This document shows positions 36,359 to 45,481 of a stretch of DNA of 64,000 nucleotides, in pieces. A program made the position numbers and the translations under genes. Under the pieces are notes generated by a model, which saw only the letters and a program-made list of their open reading frames with translations, did no database searches and was not told where the DNA came from. The stretch lies in the IMG/VR virus record IMGVR_UViG_3300020438_000007, positions 1-64,000 of that record; one strand, written 5' to 3'. Every line of letters starts with the position of its first letter. Position 1 is the stretch's first letter.

Positions 36359-36909
36359 TGTTTAGACCACCCTATTGGTCTCATGATAACATTAAGATTC
36401 CAGATAGTATAATAAACACATTAAAATTAAGATTGTCCAACGTAGAATTGATTGACAATCATAAAAGTTCTTACTGGATGAATCGAGAGTATGCAGAGAA
36501 GAGACCAGATGAATTTCTAAATGAAAGATACGATATTATCGTAGAAGATATCGTAAAGAATGTAGGCGTCTTCAATGAATCAACATACGCATATACATAC
36601 TGGACACAACTATATGATCATGGTAATAACATAGGACCACATAATCATGTAGATAAAAAATGTCCGGCTGATATATCTTGGGTTCACTTCCTAGATGTGC
36701 CAGATCAAAAGTGTTTTCGTTTTACTGACACTCAAGGAAATACATTAGTTCCTGACAATCAAAGTAATGGTGATATAATTTGTTTTCCCTCGTGGTTATG
36801 GCATGAAACCATACCAACTGATGAACAAAGATTGATTGTCTCTGGTAATATAAGCTTAAACTTTGATGATGTTGATATGTCTAAGTATAAATCAATACCT
36901 ACTTACTAG
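36358..36909 (+). CDS. 2OG-Fe(II) oxygenase-like protein
   Basis: PHNH, SWVHFL, FPSWLWHE and RLIVSGN motifs. Confidence 0.8.
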   Translation: MFRPPYWSHDNIKIPDSIINTLKLRLSNVELIDNHKSSYWMNREYAEKRPDEFLNERYDIIVEDIVKNVGVFNESTYAYTYWTQLYDHGNNIGPHNHVDKKCPADISWVHFLDVPDQKCFRFTDTQGNTLVPDNQSNGDIICFPSWLWHETIPTDEQRLIVSGNISLNFDDVDMSKYKSIPTY

Positions 36910-37774
36910 ACTTCTTTAAGTCCTTTAACATATTCTTTTTGTTACCGAACCTTAGTTCTGGTAATCCTTTTTCTTTTCTATACTTATTAGTTTTTATCTC
37001 GTTTGCGGAAAGTTTCCTCTCTTTCTTACCTAATGCTTTCTGAACTCTCTTGATAACCTGTTTGACTAAGGGTTTGATAACTCTTAGTAAGAGAGGCGTT
37101 GCAGCTGCAGCAGCAGTAGCCACTATAGCAATTGATGCAGTAGTAGTTGCCTGATTGGCAGAAGGCAAAAATTTCTCTACAACTGTAGTAGATTCATACA
37201 ATGTCTCACAAATTTTTTGCTTAGGATTATTTGGATCAGTTATTAACTGGTGTCCAGTCACCCTCTCGTCTCCCGACGAAGTTACATCACCCACTCTAAG
37301 TTCATTAGGACCAGGGCACTCAGGATCTTTATATCCTCCTGTAGTATCTGGTCGTTCAGTATTGGAATCTGGTGGTGAAGGTGGATCACCTGTATCCACA
37401 CCACCTGTAACTTCTTCTGGTTCTCCGTATACTGTAGTCCACGTCAGTTCATTAGCTTGATAATCAGGTGGTTCGTAGTATGGCATACCGCCATCACATA
37501 ATACCACGTTACCTTTAGGGTCATCATTGACCAAATTTTTATTTCTAGATGGATCTCTCTTAGCGTTCTCTTTGTTTACCTTGACACACCCTGGCATGTC
37601 TACAATAGGCACTCCTATGTTCACAGTCACAGGTGGCGTGAAAGGAACTGACTGTGGAGTATTTCTCATCCAAGGTCTATTGATATTTGCAATATCAAGT
37701 GTACCTGTGTCTATGTTCTGGATGAGTCTTAATCCAGTACCATTTACATAGATCTGTGGAATATCATTTGGCAT
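36899..37774 (-). CDS. Hypothetical membrane protein
   Basis: Pro/Cys-containing domain, Ala-rich TM segment and a basic tail. Confidence 0.8.
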   Translation of the reverse strand: MPNDIPQIYVNGTGLRLIQNIDTGTLDIANINRPWMRNTPQSVPFTPPVTVNIGVPIVDMPGCVKVNKENAKRDPSRNKNLVNDDPKGNVVLCDGGMPYYEPPDYQANELTWTTVYGEPEEVTGGVDTGDPPSPPDSNTERPDTTGGYKDPECPGPNELRVGDVTSSGDERVTGHQLITDPNNPKQKICETLYESTTVVEKFLPSANQATTTASIAIVATAAAAATPLLLRVIKPLVKQVIKRVQKALGKKERKLSANEIKTNKYRKEKGLPELRFGNKKNMLKDLKKSSK

Positions 37775-38006
37775 TAGGGATCACCATCTTCAATCCCCTA
37801 ACTTGGCCAGATTGACTAGGCCATGCTTCTTTTAAAGCAGAACGAACTTCTTCTCTAACTACTTCTCTAATTTGTTGTAGTTGCACTTCCTGTCTTTTTT
37901 CAGGACCACCCAGTTGTTGATCAATAAGTTGACCTCCACCCATCACTGCACCAGTTCCTACAACTGCTACTGCGGTTCCATAGGTAGCTATTTTTTGTAT
38001 ATCCAT
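37764..38006 (-). CDS. Hypothetical membrane-anchored protein
   Basis: N-terminal hydrophobic segment followed by a charged helix. Confidence 0.7.
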   Translation of the reverse strand: MDIQKIATYGTAVAVVGTGAVMGGGQLIDQQLGGPEKRQEVQLQQIREVVREEVRSALKEAWPSQSGQVRGLKMVIPNAK

Positions 38007-38251
38007 CAGTGATCGGGGGTATCATCATCTTTAGGTAAACCTAAGTCACCTAATTTATCTAGGAAAGCTGCACGTTGTTCCCATGTTTGTCCACTAGTAG
38101 AACCTTTACATGGGTTAATACACTGCTCAAAGTCATGAACGTTACAAACTAACCCTGCAAGATCATGAGGACATCCTTCTTTACCTGTTGACCAATACAG
38201 TTGGTCATCTATCCACTTAGCTTCACATTTTGGACATGTTTTAATATTCAT
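38006..38251 (-). CDS. Cys-containing hypothetical protein
   Basis: CPKC...DLAGLVCN...CINPC. Confidence 0.75.
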   Translation of the reverse strand: MNIKTCPKCEAKWIDDQLYWSTGKEGCPHDLAGLVCNVHDFEQCINPCKGSTSGQTWEQRAAFLDKLGDLGLPKDDDTPDH

Positions 38252-38454
38252 AATGAGTCACTATCACAATTAATGTACTGTCTTTCGAGAATTAGTTTAT
38301 AGAAATTATTTTTCAAATCTCTCAAACGTTCTTGTTCATCTGGATCAATATTGTTTCCTGGCCATTTTTCTAAATGGAAGCACAATGATTGGTAGATTTG
38401 TTTTACGGAACTATATTCTAACTCGAAAGCAAACCAAAGTTCTTCGTCCATCAA
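38248..38454 (-). CDS. Hypothetical protein
   Basis: 68 aa ORF; CTAAATA late motif at 38490-38484 upstream. Confidence 0.7.
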   Translation of the reverse strand: MMDEELWFAFELEYSSVKQIYQSLCFHLEKWPGNNIDPDEQERLRDLKNNFYKLILERQYINCDSDSL

Positions 38455-38498
38455 GGTCCTCCCCTTGCGTGACTATAAAGAACTATTTAGTGTTGATA

Positions 38499-38750
38499 CT
38501 AGAAGGGACTCGTAGGCACGTCAGGTAACGTTGACGGTGCAGTTGCATCCATGCCTGGAGTAGTAAGTCCTCCTAATGCTCCGCCACCAAGAGCACCACC
38601 AAGAGATCCAGTGACTGCCTCCATTACTTGACCTTTGACGTTATCTACGATTGCGTCCTTATTTACATATAGATACCCAGCAGCACCCACGACGGTGAGG
38701 GATACAATACCACTAGCAAGAGCGATTCCATTTACGATTTTTTGAAACAT
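38499..38750 (-). CDS. Hypothetical membrane protein
   Basis: N-terminal TM segment and a Gly/Pro tail. Confidence 0.75.
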   Translation of the reverse strand: MFQKIVNGIALASGIVSLTVVGAAGYLYVNKDAIVDNVKGQVMEAVTGSLGGALGGGALGGLTTPGMDATAPSTLPDVPTSPF

Positions 38751-38752
38751 AA

Positions 38753-39217
38753 TTACATCTCATATTTTTTAGGATCAGTTTCGGTAGTTATTTTTAAAGG
38801 TGCTTGTTCAATACGAATAGTTTGTGCTGGTGCAGTTTGTGATGCTGCAGCAATCAGTTTTTCCATATCTGCCTTTGTTATTCCACTGCCACTACCAGAA
38901 GCAGTACCGTTACCATTCATCTTCATAGTACCGTCACCTTTCTTAGATGCGGTCTGAATGCCAAAGCTCGCCAAAACGCCTGTAAAGACCGAAGCTATAA
39001 AAGTTGGATCAATTTTCTGTTGAGGAATGCCTGGAATGGCAACATAATTTAATGTCAATATCCCGCCGGACCAAACCAACACACCAAGGCGAACAAATGT
39101 ACTAATGATAGCACCTCGATCATCCTCATCGGGTAGGATTTTGTCTTTTAATTTTCCGAGAGGGCCTTTTGGTTTCTCTTCTTCTTTCTTAGGCGGAGTT
39201 TTAATAGATTCTGACAT
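38753..39217 (-). CDS. Hypothetical two-TM membrane protein
   Basis: VRLGVLVWSGGILTLNY and IDPTFIASVFTGVLASFG segments. Confidence 0.8.
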   Translation of the reverse strand: MSESIKTPPKKEEEKPKGPLGKLKDKILPDEDDRGAIISTFVRLGVLVWSGGILTLNYVAIPGIPQQKIDPTFIASVFTGVLASFGIQTASKKGDGTMKMNGNGTASGSGSGITKADMEKLIAAASQTAPAQTIRIEQAPLKITTETDPKKYEM

Positions 39218-39250
39218 GGTAAAATATTATAACCTTAGTATATATAAGAT

Positions 39251-39496
39251 CTATCTAGGAAACAATATTCCTTTTGCTGGTCTATCATCGTCAGTATATT
39301 GACGAGTATCTCCAGTCATTCCTAGAAGTGGATAATTATAATTACCATAATTAGTATTTCCACTACCAGTCCTAGTACCAACAGTGGTAGTGTAACTAGA
39401 CTTTGTAGTGAGTTTTAAAAAGTAGTTGACTCCGCTTGTATTTTCATTGTAATCTACAGGAGGAGTTTGTAACTTTGAAATTGTAAAGTTATTCAT
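39251..39496 (-). CDS. Hypothetical protein
   Basis: 81 aa, coupled to the upstream structural gene. Confidence 0.65.
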   Translation of the reverse strand: MNNFTISKLQTPPVDYNENTSGVNYFLKLTTKSSYTTTVGTRTGSGNTNYGNYNYPLLGMTGDTRQYTDDDRPAKGILFPR

Positions 39497-40974
39497 CAGA
39501 CCTTCCTAGCAACGAATAATAATCCACGAGTTGTTGTACTTTGATTGTAACATCCTTGTATCACAGTCCAAACCTCAGTGCCACTTATAGTAATAGTATC
39601 TCCCTGTTGTATGTTTATTGAAGGAGCATTATATACAAAGTCTATTAGTGCAAAGTCTTCGGGCATATTATATGGTGAAGGAACCATCATGGCGTTTAGA
39701 GGTATTCCTTTTATGACTGCATTGAAATCGGCGGCAGGATCTACACTAGTGGTTACACCAAATCCAGTGTTACCGTTAGTGTCATAAGTAGCATCTCTAT
39801 TGTAGATTTTTGGATGGTAAGCATAAGCATAATTGCTAGGACTACCGATCGCAAGGTTAGATGTATAAATTGTCTGAAGACCATCGTTGTCTCTATCATA
39901 TGGTGCCTCTGCTGCCCTCCTCTGATAATTTGGATGATCAGAAGAACCATAAGGAGTTGTTTTAAACGTTAATTGAACGTGTAGACTCTCACTAGTGTAT
40001 GGTTCTATCTCCGTGTTTCCCGCTAGACATACATGATCAAGATCCCATATAGGTGTAGTAAAATTATGAGGAATCCATGTATAAAAAGTATTGTCTCTCA
40101 ACTTAGTTGATGATAGTGTAGGTTGTCTATATGAAAACACAACAAAATTAGGATCAATTCCTGATCTAAAAACATTCAAATCTAATTGAAAATTATTAGA
40201 AGAAGCGACTGTATGTGTTCCATCTGTACCTTGGAAATATTGAGATTTAGGACCATTATATCGACCTCCATAACCCTCATCAAGACCCCATCTTGTATCT
40301 AGGTATCTATCACCAGCAAATCTTGGGACATAATTGGAAGAACCATTGCCACCATGATCATCCCCATCACCAGTGGGATTTACATCTAATGGGTGGAAGA
40401 AAGGTCCAGCCTGATGTTCTATAGTAGTTGTGCTGGGTGCTTGGAATGCTCGGTAGGTTACTCCATACTTTTTATTATCTTGTATCTTATGTCTTAATAC
40501 TCCATAAGGATAAGTAACGTTTGCATCTACATTCTTGGTATAAAAAGCATTAGTAGTGGTTCCATATGACACACTATTATCAACAAACACGGTACAACCC
40601 CAACCAACTCCAGAGTTTGGCATAGACGCTTCGCCTGGTGCGAATGTTAAGTATTCTCCATTGGTATATCCAATTCCAGGCTTGTTAACATATACCAAAT
40701 TAGGATCACCATAGTATCTTCGCATATAGAAAGAAGCACCAGTACCTACACCAGTGGTTGAAATCTGTTCTGCATCATAATAATATGAGTAAAATGCGGT
40801 ATTGGTAGGGTCGTCGTCTTGATACATACCATAATCAACTAGACCAGTGACGATACCAGTATGATCGCACTTATCATGCCATCCCAACCATGTGAAGGCA
40901 CTCTCTATTTGAGTGATCATTTGTTGCTTGGTATAACCAGAGTTGATCGTAAACGTATTAGTACTAATTGCCAT
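39496..40974 (-). CDS. Putative virion structural protein
   Basis: Tyr/Thr/Gly-rich; follows the fibre gene; TTGVGTGASF...PGIGYTNG motif. Confidence 0.7.
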   Translation of the reverse strand: MAISTNTFTINSGYTKQQMITQIESAFTWLGWHDKCDHTGIVTGLVDYGMYQDDDPTNTAFYSYYYDAEQISTTGVGTGASFYMRRYYGDPNLVYVNKPGIGYTNGEYLTFAPGEASMPNSGVGWGCTVFVDNSVSYGTTTNAFYTKNVDANVTYPYGVLRHKIQDNKKYGVTYRAFQAPSTTTIEHQAGPFFHPLDVNPTGDGDDHGGNGSSNYVPRFAGDRYLDTRWGLDEGYGGRYNGPKSQYFQGTDGTHTVASSNNFQLDLNVFRSGIDPNFVVFSYRQPTLSSTKLRDNTFYTWIPHNFTTPIWDLDHVCLAGNTEIEPYTSESLHVQLTFKTTPYGSSDHPNYQRRAAEAPYDRDNDGLQTIYTSNLAIGSPSNYAYAYHPKIYNRDATYDTNGNTGFGVTTSVDPAADFNAVIKGIPLNAMMVPSPYNMPEDFALIDFVYNAPSINIQQGDTITISGTEVWTVIQGCYNQSTTTRGLLFVARKV

Positions 40975-40978
40975 TGTT

Positions 40979-43900
40979 TTAAGCTTCTAGTTGTAGGATA
41001 GTAAGATAGCCTGTAATAGACTGGGTATGAGTAGAAAGGTTTTTGATTGATACATAAATGGTTGTCCCGACAGGACTGTCCATGTTACCACCTATAGTGA
41101 ATGGAGAGAATGTTCCACTGGTTTCTACACCAACAGATCTAAACTCACCAACAATTCCAGATCCTGGCGAAGGGTCTTCCCCTTCACTACGAGTGAGGTC
41201 CGCAGCTCTAGATGCACTATCAGTATATATGCGAATCCACGCATCAGTGGACACTCCCACCTTCATCAAAGCATAAGATTTGAATCCAGTTATGTCAGTG
41301 TTACCAATACCATATCTTGCAATGGCAGTAGTAGTCCCAACAACAGTTGATCTTGATTGTAATGATCCACCTGATGCGGTAACTGAAGCAATTCCAGCAG
41401 CAGAGTAAGTAACATCAAGTCCATCACCAAAGTTTACAGTTCTTGCAGAACCAATGTTGACATCATTATCTTCAACAACAATACCAGATCCAGTGGCATT
41501 GACGTTCAATAGATTAGAACCATCAATCGCTGGTAGAATACCAGTGATATTACCAGCAGGGACATCAGTAAGTCCAGAAGCAGAACCTTTAAATGATGTG
41601 GAGGATGTTACACCAGTAACATTCAACCCATATGGAGATGCAGTAACAGCCGAACCAACTGCAAGTTGATTGGCGATAGTTGCATTGTGTCCAACCTCAA
41701 GACTTCTATAAACTTTTACAAGTCTGTCTGGAGTTGACCCTGCACTATAGATTCTTAATGCTTCTTTCTGAACAGCAGGGATGCCTGGATCAGTGGTCTT
41801 GAATATAAAACTTCCATCCTCGCCAGAAGAATCTGTTCCAGAACTTATCTGGAATATCATCTGATTCTGTAAGGAATCATCTAGTTTTATCCAACCATAA
41901 GTACCCAACAATAAGGTTTGATTATTTAAACGTAAATTACCAATCAGTTGAGTCTGACCCTGCACTGTGAGAGGGAATGTTGGATTAGTTGTGCCTATAC
42001 CTATGTTGCTAAGGGTATGAATACCAGCATTTGTACTTACAAATTGTTGTTCACTACCAGTAATAGTAGCAACTCCAGCACCAAATGTTACTCCGAGATT
42101 GTCTGCAAAATCAACAGTCGCAGCAGTACCAACCACACTACCACTGTTTCTAATTTCAACACCAGTACCAGATGCAACCACACCAGTAAGTTGTGATCCA
42201 TCCAATGAAGGCAAAGCACCTGTCAACTGTGAAGCATTTAATGATCCATAGAATCCTGTCGCAGATACAATACCAGAAACAGTCAGTGCCTCTGTGATAA
42301 CAGTGGTTTTTATACCAACATCACCACTTGCATTGATAGTCTGACGAATGTTTCCTTGTCCATCAGATAATACAACAAAGTTAGAGGTAGTTCTGATGTC
42401 AAGATCAGCACTATTACCTCGATACGAACCTAGTAATACGTTAAAAGATCCAGTTGTTAAGTCTCGGCCTGCGTCATTACCTAGTGCAAGGTTGAAAGAT
42501 CCAGAAGTAGTACCATAAAGAGATAAGTTACCGACAGCAACGTTGTATCCACTACCACCACTCAATGATCTTAATGATTGATCACCAACACCAATATTAT
42601 TATTAGAACCACTACCTATAATTGAGTTACCAACCTTGAGGTTGACTCCACTAGGAGTTTGAATCCTTCCAGACACAACTGTAGTAACACCTGTGTTGTT
42701 AAATCCATCAACATCAAGAGTGCCTTTGATATTTGCATTACCATTAGCGGTGAATACCTTGGCTGGATCTGGGCATGTCATACCCACACCAACTCTTGCA
42801 GTGGTTCCAATACCTATCTGGCCAGGCAATCCATCGTTATTCCATATCGAACCAGTAGCAGTACTACTAATCGTTACGATACCACAAGTAGGACTAGTAT
42901 TGATTAGAACATTATTACCTTCAACAATAGAAGTAACAATACCTGTTAGTTTATTACCTGATCCATAATACTCACCAATTACTGTCACTCCAAGAGCCAC
43001 AGTCTCCAAACGCTTCGTTCCATTTTGGAATAGCTCTACCGCTCCGCCTGGTTTAAAGTTTGCTAACTGGTTGGAGTTGGCATCAGTAATTTTTATGTCC
43101 GAATCTGATACTAATTTGAACGCAGTTCCATCATATGTTATATGTGCATCATCAGCATCTCCAAAGTTTGCCTTAAGTAAATCTGGTATCTTTAATCCAC
43201 CATTAGATGCCTTAGTAATCGTCACATTACCGTAGACTTCAAGAGCTTGATTCGCTATAGTGGTTCCTATACCAACATTAGATGATGTAACAATACCACT
43301 GACATTCTTTGTCCAATATCCAGTTCCAAAACCAGCGACACCACCAGCGAAGTCAATCGCAACGTTAGTTATACCTGTAATTTTACCCTGATTATTGACT
43401 ACAATCTGTGGAACTATTGTGGTATTACCATACGTTCCATCACTCGCACCAGTTAAATTAATTAATGCTCCACCATTACCATAAAATTCTGCAGCAGTAA
43501 TGATACCAGTAGTGTTTACACTAGAATCACCCTGTAATGTTACAGCAGCATCTGCAAGAGTGGCCTTTGGAGCAGTAACCTGTGCAGAGTATGATAGTAC
43601 AGACCAGTTAGAACCACCTACGGCAACTACCCAGTCACCAGAATATACACTAGAGATGCCTGGGTTGGAATAGGTTGCAATACCAACATCAATACCACCC
43701 TTAGAGACAATAAAATAGTCACCTGTAGTAATACCAGATGACGCAAGTGTCTGTCCTATGCCAGTGTATGCTCTTCCCTGTCCAACAACTGTCAGTGCGG
43801 TGACAACACCAGCAACTGCATCAAAGAATCCAACGATGTTTAAGTTGGTTCCAAGAGCATTGATCTGTGATTGAAGAACCGCAGCACCTACATTGGTTGC

Positions 43901-44278
43901 AATACCAGTAAGTTGAGATCCATCTCCATGATAAGTTGTTGCAGTAACAATACCACCAGCAACAAATCCAGACGCACCAACTACGTCTGTAGTAAACCCA
44001 ACGTCATTAGTAAACGATGATAGTACAGATGGTGTGTTTGTAAAATTATTATAGTCTAGGTAATATGATGGTGTTTGTCCATTGAGATTCAGAGAGTTAG
44101 TCGAAATCCCAGCAGTGAGAGCAAAACCAGTAGTATTAGAGGCGTTTAAAGTTAGACCGTCACCAATCGAATTATAAATCTCATTGAAGTTTGCGTTAAC
44201 TTTGATGGCACCCTGTCTCAGGGTATCACCTGTGCCGTCATTACTACTTTGCCCAGCATTTATTAACTGTTTCGACAT
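40979..44278 (-). CDS. Long tail fibre-like protein
   Basis: N-terminal NDGTGDTLRQGAIKVNANFNEIY; VGIGTT, GDGSQLT and NxAxG repeats. Confidence 0.88.
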   Translation of the reverse strand: MSKQLINAGQSSNDGTGDTLRQGAIKVNANFNEIYNSIGDGLTLNASNTTGFALTAGISTNSLNLNGQTPSYYLDYNNFTNTPSVLSSFTNDVGFTTDVVGASGFVAGGIVTATTYHGDGSQLTGIATNVGAAVLQSQINALGTNLNIVGFFDAVAGVVTALTVVGQGRAYTGIGQTLASSGITTGDYFIVSKGGIDVGIATYSNPGISSVYSGDWVVAVGGSNWSVLSYSAQVTAPKATLADAAVTLQGDSSVNTTGIITAAEFYGNGGALINLTGASDGTYGNTTIVPQIVVNNQGKITGITNVAIDFAGGVAGFGTGYWTKNVSGIVTSSNVGIGTTIANQALEVYGNVTITKASNGGLKIPDLLKANFGDADDAHITYDGTAFKLVSDSDIKITDANSNQLANFKPGGAVELFQNGTKRLETVALGVTVIGEYYGSGNKLTGIVTSIVEGNNVLINTSPTCGIVTISSTATGSIWNNDGLPGQIGIGTTARVGVGMTCPDPAKVFTANGNANIKGTLDVDGFNNTGVTTVVSGRIQTPSGVNLKVGNSIIGSGSNNNIGVGDQSLRSLSGGSGYNVAVGNLSLYGTTSGSFNLALGNDAGRDLTTGSFNVLLGSYRGNSADLDIRTTSNFVVLSDGQGNIRQTINASGDVGIKTTVITEALTVSGIVSATGFYGSLNASQLTGALPSLDGSQLTGVVASGTGVEIRNSGSVVGTAATVDFADNLGVTFGAGVATITGSEQQFVSTNAGIHTLSNIGIGTTNPTFPLTVQGQTQLIGNLRLNNQTLLLGTYGWIKLDDSLQNQMIFQISSGTDSSGEDGSFIFKTTDPGIPAVQKEALRIYSAGSTPDRLVKVYRSLEVGHNATIANQLAVGSAVTASPYGLNVTGVTSSTSFKGSASGLTDVPAGNITGILPAIDGSNLLNVNATGSGIVVEDNDVNIGSARTVNFGDGLDVTYSAAGIASVTASGGSLQSRSTVVGTTTAIARYGIGNTDITGFKSYALMKVGVSTDAWIRIYTDSASRAADLTRSEGEDPSPGSGIVGEFRSVGVETSGTFSPFTIGGNMDSPVGTTIYVSIKNLSTHTQSITGYLTILQLEA

Positions 44279-44309
44279 TATCGTCTTCTGATAGGGCTAC
44301 ACTATAGTA

Positions 44310-44316
44310 TATTTAG
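44310..44316 (-). promoter_or_regulatory. Late promoter CTAAATA
   Basis: Intergenic, upstream of the fibre gene. Confidence 0.65.
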
Positions 44317-44317
44317 A

Positions 44318-45481
44318 CTACAGTTTAAATCCACTAAATTGGTTCTTCTTGATATCTTGTTTGATACCACCAACAACGTAGGATTCAACCTCTGTTTCCT
44401 GTGGTGCAACCTGTAATCCTTTAGATGAGATCCAGTGTTGTGTCCAAGGCAATGGATTGTTCTTCAATGGTTGATCATAGATTGGATCAAACCCAAGAGC
44501 TTTCATTCTCTTGTTAGCAATCCACTCAACATATTGATTGAGTAGTTTATCATTCAAACCAATCATAGAACCATCTTTGAACAGATACTCTGCCCATTCT
44601 TTCTCTTCTTCAACGGCATTTTTGAACATGCTTATTACATTATCTTTTTCCTCTTCTGCGATTTGTTGCATTTCTGGATCATCGCCATCGGCCCACTTCT
44701 TGAGAATCTGTTGTGTGAGAACTAAGTGTTGGTTTTCATCCCTACTGATGAGGGATATAATTTTTGCCGATCCTTCCATAAGCTTAAGCTCTCCAAATGC
44801 AAACGAGCACGCAAAGGAGACATAGAACCTAATTCCTTCCAGAATATTGACGTTTGCAACCGCTCTGTAGAGTTTTCTCTTGAGTTCATGTATTGTCCAT
44901 TGTGATGAAGGTGAATCTTTCCAGTCTTTATCCCACATATGTCCCTGCCCATACTGTTGGGCTTCATTAATAAAGTCATCATATGCTGCTGTTACAGAGT
45001 TTGCTCTCTTTAAAATCTTTTCATCATTTAGAATCGTGTCAAAGACTTCGCCTGGATCTGGATACACGTTCTTGATAATATATGTATAGGATCTAGAATG
45101 TATCGTCTCCATAAATTGCCACACATTCATAGCACCTTCCAACTCAGGAAGAGCACAGTATGGAGAGAATGCCATGCCAGGACCACGACCTTGTACAGAG
45201 TCCAAGAGGATCTGATACTTGAGGTTTGACGTGAAGATGTGCTTCTGTTCTGGTCTTAGTGATTGGAAGTCGGCTCTATCTTTCTGTAGAGATACCTCCT
45301 CTGGTCTCCAGAAATACCCTAGCATTTGAGTTGTTAATTTATCAAACACTGGATACTTATATTCATCATATCTTTGGACTCCAAGTGGAGCACCAAAGAA
45401 CATTGGTTGAGTCTTTGTGTCTACTTGCTGTTTATTAAAAACAGTCATTCTCTCTACTTTTTTAGATGGTGCAGCTGTCAC
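44318..45481 (-). CDS. nrdB: Ribonucleotide reductase class Ia beta subunit
   Basis: FWRPEEV, ETIHSRSY, EGIRFYVSF, RDENQH and VAPQETEVESY motifs. Confidence 0.98.
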   Translation of the reverse strand: MTAAPSKKVERMTVFNKQQVDTKTQPMFFGAPLGVQRYDEYKYPVFDKLTTQMLGYFWRPEEVSLQKDRADFQSLRPEQKHIFTSNLKYQILLDSVQGRGPGMAFSPYCALPELEGAMNVWQFMETIHSRSYTYIIKNVYPDPGEVFDTILNDEKILKRANSVTAAYDDFINEAQQYGQGHMWDKDWKDSPSSQWTIHELKRKLYRAVANVNILEGIRFYVSFACSFAFGELKLMEGSAKIISLISRDENQHLVLTQQILKKWADGDDPEMQQIAEEEKDNVISMFKNAVEEEKEWAEYLFKDGSMIGLNDKLLNQYVEWIANKRMKALGFDPIYDQPLKNNPLPWTQHWISSKGLQVAPQETEVESYVVGGIKQDIKKNQFSGFKL

